From the NCBI GenBank assembly GCA_963836075.1, contig CAWIIB010000009.1:1728001-1792000 (forward strand): DNA of 64,000 bases, given 5' to 3'. The position numbers and the translations under genes are program-made. Position 1 is the stretch's first letter; each line of letters begins with the position of its first letter. Positions 41,708-49,769 of this stretch are shown here, piece after piece. The notes under the pieces were generated by a model. It was not told the origin of the DNA. It was given only the letters and a program-made list of their open reading frames with translations, and did not search any database. The DNA is from an uncultured Acidobacteriota bacterium (GTDB lineage Bacteria; Acidobacteriota; JAQAZP01).

Positions 41708-42181
41708 TTATCCCCAGGACCAGATGTTGTAGACCGCTTCCTTGGGCAGCTTCTCGCCGGAGATGCGCATGCTGACCACCACCAGGGCGCGGTGGTGCGC
41801 TTCGTGGGCGATGAGGTAGGCGAGGAAGGTGGATGGCGGACCGTTCCAGCCTCTGACCAGCCCGGTGCGCTCACTGGCCTCGAGAAACGCGCCCATCATC
41901 TTGGCCGACCCGGTGAGCGCGGCGATGAGCAGGGCCCGGTTGGGCTGTGCTCCCCGCTCAAAGGTCTGCAGCTTGCCCATGAACTCCGGCCCCCGTTTGT
42001 TCAGGTGGAAGACGCGCACGTTGTGCATGTGGGCCAGCTGGGCGGCCACGGTCCTGGTCCGCGGCGAGTAGCGGTGGGCCAGCGACTTTTCCTGAAGGTG
42101 GTCCAGCAGGTAGAGATTGGCATCGGTGTTTCGCTGCCAGGCGGCAGCCATGCTCGATTCCCTGTCAGACACGTTGATCAC
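41708..42181 (-). CDS. DinB/YfiT family protein
   Basis: RTVAAQLAHMHNVR...YLIAHEAHHR His pattern. Confidence 0.82.
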   Translation of the reverse strand: MINVSDRESSMAAAWQRNTDANLYLLDHLQEKSLAHRYSPRTRTVAAQLAHMHNVRVFHLNKRGPEFMGKLQTFERGAQPNRALLIAALTGSAKMMGAFLEASERTGLVRGWNGPPSTFLAYLIAHEAHHRALVVVSMRISGEKLPKEAVYNIWSWG

Positions 42182-42960
42182 TTCCTTTCGCGCTGTTGCT
42201 CTTCCTCAAGTACGCATAGAGGGCTGTTGCCGCTGCCAGTCCCAGCAGGCTGATCAGCTGGGGCACCGAGACACTGGTCCATGGCGTGGCACCCTCAATT
42301 ATATACCCCCGGCCCGGTCCGCCGCGAAACAGTTCAACCACGTAGCGGATCACCGAGTAGTTGAACAGGTAGAGGCAGAAGACCTGGCCGTCGAACCGCC
42401 TGTGCCTGAAGGCCAGCAGCAGAACGCCGAAGTTCAGCAGGTCGAGAGCCGCTTCGTAGAGCTGCGTCGGGTGCACCGCCTCCAGGTGACCGGGAAACTG
42501 GACGGCCCAGGGCGCCGAGGACGGCCGGCCGAAACAGCAGCCGCCGAGAAAACATCCCACCCGCCCCACGGCGTGCATCAGTGCCGCGGCGGGGACGATG
42601 TTGGAGACCTTCCACAGCGGCAGCCCCACCTTACGAAGATACCAGATGGAGAAGAAGATTCCCACTATGTAGCCGCCGTAAAAGACTCCCATGCTCTTGT
42701 GTTCCAGCAGGGCGGCCCAGCTGACCGGCTGTCCGGCCAGCGCCAGTTCCACCGCGGTGAAAATCATCAGGTAGGCCTTGGCCCCCAGCAGGGAGGCCAT
42801 CACCAGGAAGAGGAGGTAGGTGGCGGTCTCCATCACCGGCAGGCCGTTCTTTCCGGCCAGCAGCAGGGCGACGCCCAGGCCGATCAGCATGGCCAGGGTC
42901 ACCAGGGCCCCGTAGCTGGGCACGGCGGTCTCACCGATCTGGAACAGGACCCGGGTGCAT
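42165..42960 (-). CDS. lgt: prolipoprotein diacylglyceryl transferase paralogue (one extra G after codon 3)
   Basis: ATG CAC CCG [G] GTC CTG TTC gives the canonical MHPVLFQIG start; FYGG, GRVGCFLGGCCFG, HPTQLYE, RYVVELFR, SVPQ. Confidence 0.85.
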
Positions 42961-43047
42961 CGCGATTCGCTCCGGGTGGAAAGTGTGCCGGAGAGGGGCA
43001 CGGCGTTTGATCGATAGTATGCCGGGAGCATGCCGCATGCAAGAAGA

Positions 43048-43080
43048 AACCCGGGATCCGCTGTCCGGGATCCCGGGTTA
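43048..43080 (-). terminator. GC hairpin between the small secreted gene and lgt
   Basis: aacccgggatcc...ggatcccgggtt inverted repeat followed by TTTCTT on the minus strand. Confidence 0.6.
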
Positions 43081-43128
43081 TCCGGTGCCGCTATTCATTT
43101 GTCCGGCCGGCGCCCTCCTGCTTTACGC

Positions 43129-43509
43129 TTAGAAGCGGATCGAGCAGTTCTCGGTCTCGTTGGCGTCGAGGCTGAAGGAGCGGGTGTAGACGTTCTGACC
43201 GTCGTAGGGGTTGCCATACTGGTCAATTGATGCATACACGGTGTAGGAACCGGTGCTGGCGTTGATCGTCTTCTGGTAACCGGCGCTGAGCAGGAAATTG
43301 GTGCGCGTAGGACCGCTGACCGTAACCTGAACACGGACGTTGGAGAAGTTCTGGACCGTGATGGTTCCCGTGGCATCGTCGGAACTGCCGCCGCAGCCGC
43401 TGTCATCGCTGGGAGACGTGGGACTGGCGGCGATGAAGATCACGCAGAGAACCAGGGCGCCGATGAACCGAATCTGCCGGGCGTTATTTTTAAGGATTTC
43501 TGTAAACAT
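43129..43509 (-). CDS. small secreted/lipoprotein-like beta-sandwich protein
   Basis: Basic N-region, hydrophobic helix, SDDSG-C-GGSS, then beta-rich domain; AAGAG/GGGG RBS. Confidence 0.75.
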   Translation of the reverse strand: MFTEILKNNARQIRFIGALVLCVIFIAASPTSPSDDSGCGGSSDDATGTITVQNFSNVRVQVTVSGPTRTNFLLSAGYQKTINASTGSYTVYASIDQYGNPYDGQNVYTRSFSLDANETENCSIRF

Positions 43510-43573
43510 CTCTTTTCCCCCTTTTTTCGTTATTATTTCGACCGTTCCGTTTCAGTTGACGCCCTGGTAATAG

Positions 43574-43589
43574 TTCAAGATCGGTGCCA
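43574..43589 (-). promoter_or_regulatory. putative sigma-54 promoter
   Basis: Minus strand TGGCACCGATCTTGAA, about 65 nt upstream of ATG 43509, preceded by an AT-rich tract. Confidence 0.55.
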
Positions 43590-43840
43590 GGTATCGATGC
43601 CTGTCTTGGAAGATCTTCTAAATAACTCAAATGATTCGACTTTCGATGTCGGTTGGTCGCCGGCCGCGCGGGGGATCGCTCATCCTCGTGGGGCAGGGTG
43701 TAAGAGGGTTTTACGGTGGGGTGCAGGGATTTTTGCGGATCAGGCCCGAAGCCGGTGATATTTGACCTGGCCGCGCCGGAGGACATATCCTGTAGCCAAG
43801 CGGTTCCGGGAGCATTCCCCGGTCGTCCCATCGAGGCAGC

Positions 43841-45304
43841 ATGCACTGGATTCCACTGGTCATCGTCTTTGTCTACATCTGCGTCCTCTTTGCCGTCACC
43901 TGGTGGGCCCGGCGGCTCACCGCCCGGGGCGGCGGGGGGATCGTCGGCTACCTGCTGGCCGGGCGCGGTCTGCCTGCCGGAGTCTCCGCCGCACTGCTGG
44001 CCGGGCTGGCCGTGGGCGGGGCCTCCACCATCGGCGTGGCCGAGCGGGCCTACGAGGTAGGGTTCTCCGCCGGGTGGTACAACGCGGCCTGGGCCGCCGG
44101 GGCGCTGGTGATGGGGCTTTTTGCCGCCCGCCGCTTCCGCCGCATGGAGATCACCACCCTGCCCGAGCTGTTCGAGCGTCACTACTCCACCACGGCCCGG
44201 GTGATCGGCGTGGCCGGCCAGCTGGTGATCCAGGTGGTGATCACCTCACTGCAATACGTGGCCGGCGGGGCGATCCTCTCCTCGCTGATGCCCGACGTGT
44301 TCAGCTTCCAGCTGGGGATGGCGGTCACCGCCGTGGTCTTTGTCGGCATCACCCTCATCGGCGGGTTCTGGGCCGCCGGCCTGACCAACGTGATCAACGT
44401 GGCGGTGATCTACCTCGGCATCGGTCTGGGGGCGGTGATGACCGTGGGCAAGCTGGGCGGGGTGGCCTCGTTCGCCGAAAAACTGCCCCAGGGGCACCCC
44501 GGGTTCGACCTCTGGGCCGTGGGGGGCGGGCTGATCGCGGCCTGGTTCATGGTGATGATCACCACCGTCCACTCCACCCAGTCGGTGATCCAGATCGGCT
44601 TTGCCGCCAAAGACGAGCGCACGGCGTCGAGGGGCTATCTCTACGGGGCGCTGATCATCCTTCCGGTGGGCTTTATCAGCGCGGTGATAGGCATGGCCGC
44701 GGTAGTGCTGCATCCCGGGATCCTGCCTGCCGAGGCGCTGCCCCGGGTGGTGCTTGGCCTGTCCCCGCTGGCCGCCGGCATCATCCTCGCCGGGCTCTGG
44801 GCCGCCGACGTGAGCACCGCCTCGGCCCTGCTGCTGGGCAGCGCCACCCTGGTCTCCAGCGACATCATCAAGCGCTTCTTCGCCCCCAACCTCAGCCCGG
44901 CCCGCGACCAGCTGGTCTGCCGCATCACCGTGCTGGTGCTCAGCGTCGTCACGTTCGCCCTGGCCCTGACGGTGAGCGGGATTCTGAAGATGCTGCTCAT
45001 CGGCCTGACCCTGACCACCGCCTACACCCTGGTGGTGCTGATGACCATGTTCTGGCCCGCGGTCTGCCGCCGCTCTTCAGCCAGCTGGACGCTGGTGGCC
45101 ACCATGGTCTCGTTGGGGCTCTGGCTCTCCACGCCGCTCTTCGGCCGACTGGCCGAGGGCTGGCCGGCGCTGGCCGGTATCTTCGGCAAGTGGCAGGAAC
45201 TGGTGGCCTTCTTCCCCCACCCGATCTACTTCACCTGGCTGGTCAGCCTGGCCGCCTTCTTCCTGGTCACCCTGCTCGATAAGCGGCGCATTAAGGTCCG
45301 CTGA
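43841..45304 (+). CDS. sodium:solute symporter (SSS) family protein
   Basis: YLLAGRGL, GGASTIG.AE..Y..G, TLPELF..., ~13 TM segments, AADVSTAS. Confidence 0.9.
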   Translation: MHWIPLVIVFVYICVLFAVTWWARRLTARGGGGIVGYLLAGRGLPAGVSAALLAGLAVGGASTIGVAERAYEVGFSAGWYNAAWAAGALVMGLFAARRFRRMEITTLPELFERHYSTTARVIGVAGQLVIQVVITSLQYVAGGAILSSLMPDVFSFQLGMAVTAVVFVGITLIGGFWAAGLTNVINVAVIYLGIGLGAVMTVGKLGGVASFAEKLPQGHPGFDLWAVGGGLIAAWFMVMITTVHSTQSVIQIGFAAKDERTASRGYLYGALIILPVGFISAVIGMAAVVLHPGILPAEALPRVVLGLSPLAAGIILAGLWAADVSTASALLLGSATLVSSDIIKRFFAPNLSPARDQLVCRITVLVLSVVTFALALTVSGILKMLLIGLTLTTAYTLVVLMTMFWPAVCRRSSASWTLVATMVSLGLWLSTPLFGRLAEGWPALAGIFGKWQELVAFFPHPIYFTWLVSLAAFFLVTLLDKRRIKVR

Positions 45305-46205
45305 CCCTGCGCCGGCGCCAGGCCGGCTGGACCGTTTGTTTCCGCTTCACCACCAGCCGGATCAGCCACAAGCCCACCGGCAGGGTGAGCAGGCCGGCCA
45401 GCAGCGACGCTTCGATGCCGAAGGTACCGCCGGTGAACCACGCTGGGCCGCTGGTGGAAGATACCAGCCAGCTGGGCAGGGTGGTGAGCCCGGAGTTGGG
45501 CAGGCCGAGGACGCCGTCCTGGCAGAAGTTCCAGCCGGCGTGGAAGCCCCAGACCAGCCAGAGGCGGCGGGTCAGGGCGAAGGCGGCAAAGAGCACCACG
45601 TCACCGACCACCAGGCCGGCAAAGGCCGCCGGGGTGATGTTCTCGTTGACCATGTGGGCCAGGCCGAAAAGGACCGCGGTGAGGCCGAAGGCGAGCCAGG
45701 TGCCCAGCAATTCCTCGCTGAGTCGAAAGAGAATAAGGCGAAAGATCAGCACCTGGATAAAGGCGCCGGAGGAAAAGAGGACCAGGGCCTGGAGCAGTCG
45801 CCAGGGGCTGTTCATCCCCTGCACGTGGAACGCGCCGGCGGCGAAAAGAACCAGCACGGTGCCGAATACCAGGGCGGCGGCCACGGCCAGGCCGCGGGCG
45901 AACTCCGGGGCTGCGCCGCTGAAGGAGAACTCGTGGGTCGGTCGTCCCTCCACCAGTCGCGTGTAGAGGCGGTAGAGCAGGAACATCAGCACCAGGTCCA
46001 CCGGGAACATCATGTCGGAACAGATCTCGAACCACGGGGGCTCCAGTTTTTCAAAGACGAAGATCATCAGCAGGTTGTGCAGGGCAATGGCCGGGGAGAG
46101 GGAGAGGAGCGCCACGACAATGCGCACCAGTGGGAACTGGATGATCTTGCCACCAGGGGATTCCGGCCTCCGGGTGGTGAACAGGTCGGTGGGGGTGATG
46201 CTCAT
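45291..46205 (-). CDS. CPBP (Abi/CAAX) family intramembrane protein
   Basis: LFGLAH, LW...GFHAGWNFCQ..LG, FGIEAS; the EE motif appears degenerate (IQVLIFR). Confidence 0.8.
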   Translation of the reverse strand: MSITPTDLFTTRRPESPGGKIIQFPLVRIVVALLSLSPAIALHNLLMIFVFEKLEPPWFEICSDMMFPVDLVLMFLLYRLYTRLVEGRPTHEFSFSGAAPEFARGLAVAAALVFGTVLVLFAAGAFHVQGMNSPWRLLQALVLFSSGAFIQVLIFRLILFRLSEELLGTWLAFGLTAVLFGLAHMVNENITPAAFAGLVVGDVVLFAAFALTRRLWLVWGFHAGWNFCQDGVLGLPNSGLTTLPSWLVSSTSGPAWFTGGTFGIEASLLAGLLTLPVGLWLIRLVVKRKQTVQPAWRRRRVSGP

Positions 46206-46840
46206 TTTTTTTGTCCCTCGGTGGTGGCGATCCCCCTGGTCAGCATCTGGAAATAGAGCCGGAGGTAATCGTCAGGGTTGAACCGGGCAAAGGAGTAGGC
46301 CGGAAACAGGGCCTTGTTCAGGGCCGTACGCAGGGAATAGGCGTAGTGGCTGATGGTCATATCCACCGGCAGGTCGGGACGCAGGCTGCCGTCCTTTATG
46401 CCCAGGCGGAACGCCTCGCGCAGGCCGTCGATGATTTTCTCGTTGAGCGAGGTGAAAGTGCTGAACAGCGAGGCGCCAACCCGTCTTTTGTCAATGCCGC
46501 GGTAGTCCCAGAAGACCTGGAGCCGCAGGTCGTGGGGTCGTTTGCGGGCGAAACTGAAGAAGGCCCTGCCCCAGGCCAGCACCTTGTCCAGGCCGCGTTT
46601 CTCCCGGGCCATGGCCTTCTGCTGCATGGCCCAGCGGTCGGCCAGCGCCCCGGTGAAGATGGCCAGGCAGATTTCGTCGCGGTTGCGGAAATAGGAGTAG
46701 AGCGTCCGGCGGGTGTACTCCGCCGCCCCGGCAATCTGCTCCATGCTGGTTTCCTCGACACCCTGCTTCTCGAACAGCTTCCGCGCCGCCTCGAGAATGT
46801 GCTGCCGCCGCACCTCGCGTTCCTTCTCCTGTAGTTTCAC
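46202..46840 (-). CDS. TetR/AcrR family regulator
   Basis: ILEAARKLF...G...TSMEQIA.AAEYTRRTLYSYF.NRDE. Confidence 0.9.
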   Translation of the reverse strand: MKLQEKEREVRRQHILEAARKLFEKQGVEETSMEQIAGAAEYTRRTLYSYFRNRDEICLAIFTGALADRWAMQQKAMAREKRGLDKVLAWGRAFFSFARKRPHDLRLQVFWDYRGIDKRRVGASLFSTFTSLNEKIIDGLREAFRLGIKDGSLRPDLPVDMTISHYAYSLRTALNKALFPAYSFARFNPDDYLRLYFQMLTRGIATTEGQKK

Positions 46841-46977
46841 CGCACCCTCCCGCCGGTTAAGATGCACAGTATGTGTAATCAGCTATACAATACGAATAGT
46901 ATTGAGATTTGTTCGGTGTTGTTCAGCGGATGAAGGGAGAGCGGGGGAGGGGCGCCGCCGCCCCTCCCCGGGGCTTG

Positions 46978-47364
46978 TCATACGGGCCGGGTCGACCGCC
47001 GCCGGACCACGGCCCGCAGGCCGAACCAGACCAGCGATGAGATCAGCAGGATGGTCAGCCCGGAAATCGTCGAGGTCAGGCACTGGGCCAGCCCCATGAA
47101 CACCAGTTTCGGGTTGATCACCGGGGCATGGATTATCACGTTCAGCGATTTGTAGTGACCCAGGACCTGGCCCCAGAAGCCGAGAATGGCGCAGAAGACG
47201 CCCCAGAAGAGGATGGCGTCCAGACCCCGTTCGAGCCCGACCCGGTCGGCGGCGCCGGGGCCGAAGACCTGGATCGACTTTGTAACGGTCAGGACCAGGA
47301 TGACGATCGAGATGATGACCATGATCGGGCCGCTTAGGCCCATCGAGGTGATGAAGAGAATCAT
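46978..47364 (-). CDS. small 3-TM protein, MotA/TolQ/ExbB-like channel family
   Basis: AILFWG...LGFWGQVLG...INPKLVFMGL...TISGL; ATGA overlap with upstream gene. Confidence 0.6.
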   Translation of the reverse strand: MILFITSMGLSGPIMVIISIVILVLTVTKSIQVFGPGAADRVGLERGLDAILFWGVFCAILGFWGQVLGHYKSLNVIIHAPVINPKLVFMGLAQCLTSTISGLTILLISSLVWFGLRAVVRRRSTRPV

Positions 47365-47900
47365 GGAGTTTCTCCTTTCGGGCCGTGCGATTTCCCGGTC
47401 TGATCTGGCCGGCCGGGGAAGACCACCCACTTGAAGGGCCACTGCTCGTGGATCCAGTCCCTGACGGCCTGTTCGAGGACCGGGTCGAGCCCCTGGTCAA
47501 AGGCGCTCTGACGCACCCAGAGAAAGACCGCGGCATCGGGTCCGCCGATGCCCTTGTTGATGTAGACGCAGCCGAGAACCCGGCTCTCGTCGGGGGTGAC
47601 CACGGTATAGGTGAAGCTGGTGTGTTTGGCGAAGTGCCGCTCCTTGACAGCCATGTCGGCGCGGTTCTGCTCAAGGGTGAAATTGGTCGGGGGCCAGGCG
47701 TCGCCGAGCAGCGCCTTGTGGATCAGGTCGATGCTTTCCATCACCGCTGCGTAGTCTTTCTCCGCGTCAGCGACAGTGATCGGGCGAATGCGGAACTGCC
47801 CGGTTTCCAGCCCGGGTGGGACCTCGAAGTCAGCGGGGACGATGGCGGGGTGGCAGCCGGCCAGGACGAGGACGAGGATCAATGGAATCATTCGTTTCAT
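47361..47900 (-). CDS. GNAT-fold lipoprotein (acetyltransferase-like)
   Basis: Lipobox LAGC; IRP...DAEKDYAAVMES...FTYTV...LGCVYI...WVR...WPF. Confidence 0.78.
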   Translation of the reverse strand: MKRMIPLILVLVLAGCHPAIVPADFEVPPGLETGQFRIRPITVADAEKDYAAVMESIDLIHKALLGDAWPPTNFTLEQNRADMAVKERHFAKHTSFTYTVVTPDESRVLGCVYINKGIGGPDAAVFLWVRQSAFDQGLDPVLEQAVRDWIHEQWPFKWVVFPGRPDQTGKSHGPKGETP

Positions 47901-47991
47901 TGGTTTTCTCTCGAAACAATGGCCCACCCGGCGAGGGTGGATCCGGTTGTCGATTTTTCTTTCGGACGGGGCGGCGGACGCCGCACTCCGA

Positions 47992-48732
47992 TCAGCGCTG
48001 GAGCAGCACTGACAGTTCCGCGTCCTCGATCCTCCGCACGCTGCTGATCAATGCGTACCAGATCAGCACGGTGATGGTGGCCGACATCAGGCTGACCACC
48101 ATGGTGGCCGAGCCGGCGGTGAGCCAGTGGACGAAGGAGACCGGTATGGGCACGCCGTCCTCGGCGATCCGTCTCATCCAGATGTGCAACTCGATGAAGA
48201 ACCCCCAGGCCCCGATGAACAGGGCGCCGCAACCGAGCAGCAGCAGCAACGGCAGGCCGCGGCGCAGGGTGGGGATTCGATGGTCCCTCTTGATGTAGAT
48301 CTTGTAGACCTGGGCCACTGAAAGCAGCAGCACCGTCAGCGACACTCCCAGCACCGGCCAGATATAGACGCTGGCGTTGCGGAAGAATTCGGCGCTGAGC
48401 ATCTCCTTTCCGGCGAAGAAGAGGACGAAGAGCAGGATGGCGATGAGGGTCAGCCGTTCCCAGAGGGTCTGGGCCTGCAGGGAGAGGGAGTCCATCCAGC
48501 GCTGGAACGGGGTGCGGTGGATGTGTATTAGCTCGGTGAGAGCCTCTTCCGAGACGGCGAAGTGCTCCCGCGCCCGGGCTTCGGCCTCCTGTTCATCGAG
48601 CCCCTGCTCGCGGCAGGTCTCGTAGAGGTCTTCCAGGTCGGAGGCCATCTCCAGCAGGATTCTCGACTTGGCCGGCTGGGGCAGGTCGAGGCGGTCGCTG
48701 GTCTGCTGCAGCAGGCTGACAAATCGGTTCAT
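47992..48732 (-). CDS. membrane protein with HAAS/permease-prefix-like N-domain (PadR partner)
   Basis: RILLEMASDLEDL...G.DEQEA...A.EHF followed by 4 TM segments; ATGA overlap with padR. Confidence 0.7.
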   Translation of the reverse strand: MNRFVSLLQQTSDRLDLPQPAKSRILLEMASDLEDLYETCREQGLDEQEAEARAREHFAVSEEALTELIHIHRTPFQRWMDSLSLQAQTLWERLTLIAILLFVLFFAGKEMLSAEFFRNASVYIWPVLGVSLTVLLLSVAQVYKIYIKRDHRIPTLRRGLPLLLLLGCGALFIGAWGFFIELHIWMRRIAEDGVPIPVSFVHWLTAGSATMVVSLMSATITVLIWYALISSVRRIEDAELSVLLQR

Positions 48733-49076
48733 GGCTCCACTCCTTCGACGAGGCCGGTAAAGCGGCGGTAAAATTCACTCCATGCCTCCCGCTGCCGGTC
48801 AAAGTAGCTCCGGCCGCGGGGGGTGAGGACGTAGGATTTGCGTTTACGCCCTGGCGAGTCGGGATGCCAGCGGCCCTTGATCAGCCCCTCCTTCTCCAGT
48901 TTGTGCAGGATGGGGTAGAGCGTGCCGTGGTTGAAACGGAAGTAGCCGCCGCTCTCCTCCTCGATGGCCAGGGCCAGCTGGTAGCCGTGACGCTCCCCCC
49001 TGGAGAGGATGGCGAGGATCAGCGCCTCGTTGCAGCTGCGGGCCAGGTTCTGGGTTTCGAGATTCGGTTCGGCCAT
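48729..49076 (-). CDS. PadR family transcriptional regulator
   Basis: LILAIL...HGYQL...GTLYPILHKLE..G...RKRKSY.LT..G. Confidence 0.92.
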   Translation of the reverse strand: MAEPNLETQNLARSCNEALILAILSRGERHGYQLALAIEEESGGYFRFNHGTLYPILHKLEKEGLIKGRWHPDSPGRKRKSYVLTPRGRSYFDRQREAWSEFYRRFTGLVEGVEP

Positions 49077-49296
49077 GGTCCGTTCCGCTCTATATGTCTA
49101 CTCTCGTTATATCGATACTCTATATATAGTCCCGGGCTGCCGTCCTGTCAATCGGTTTCGGACATACAAGGATCTCAGAAAGAACTTGACTTTACGACAA
49201 GACAAAACAATATTGAACAATAATGAACTATAGAGACCTTTTGTGCGTCATTAATACTGATTGAACCTAGGGCCTCATAACCGGAGGGATTGAAAA

Positions 49297-49608
49297 ATGG
49301 ACGAGTATCCGATGATCCTCACCCTGGAGCAGGCAGCGGAGATGCTCCAGCTCTCCGCCCGGACCGTGCAGCGGATGGTGAGCAAGGGCAAGATGCCTGG
49401 GCGCCGCATCGGCGGCCAGTGGCGTTTTGACCGTGACCAGCTGCGGGAGTGGGTGCGTGGCGCTGATGTGGAGCCGGCAGCGGCACCGGTGAGCCAGGCC
49501 GAGCTGATCGCCCGCGAGGCCCGGCGCATGGGTGTGGACCTGCCCCAGACGCTGATCGACCTCCAGCAGGCGGCCATGAAGCGGCAGGCGGACCGCACGG
49601 AGGAATAG
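49297..49608 (+). CDS. helix-turn-helix (excisionase/BldC-like HTH_17) DNA-binding protein
   Basis: ILTLEQAAEMLQLSARTVQRMV..GKMPGRRIGGQWRFDR..L.EW; GGAGG RBS. Confidence 0.88.
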   Translation: MDEYPMILTLEQAAEMLQLSARTVQRMVSKGKMPGRRIGGQWRFDRDQLREWVRGADVEPAAAPVSQAELIAREARRMGVDLPQTLIDLQQAAMKRQADRTEE

Positions 49609-49769
49609 CATGTGTTACCCCGAAGGGGGGTAACCTTCGGGTTTACTTTGCTCCAAAATTGCGGTATGTATAACCCAACGTGTACTGTTTCAATGGGATA
49701 TTGCCCATCGTTGAAATAGTTAAAATCCTCGGTCAACGTCTTTTTTACGTATCAAGGGAGGGATGATTC

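Noticed and set aside
49297-49608. Prophage or ICE excisionase marking a mobile element
   Set aside because: No integrase, att site, tRNA or phage gene nearby.
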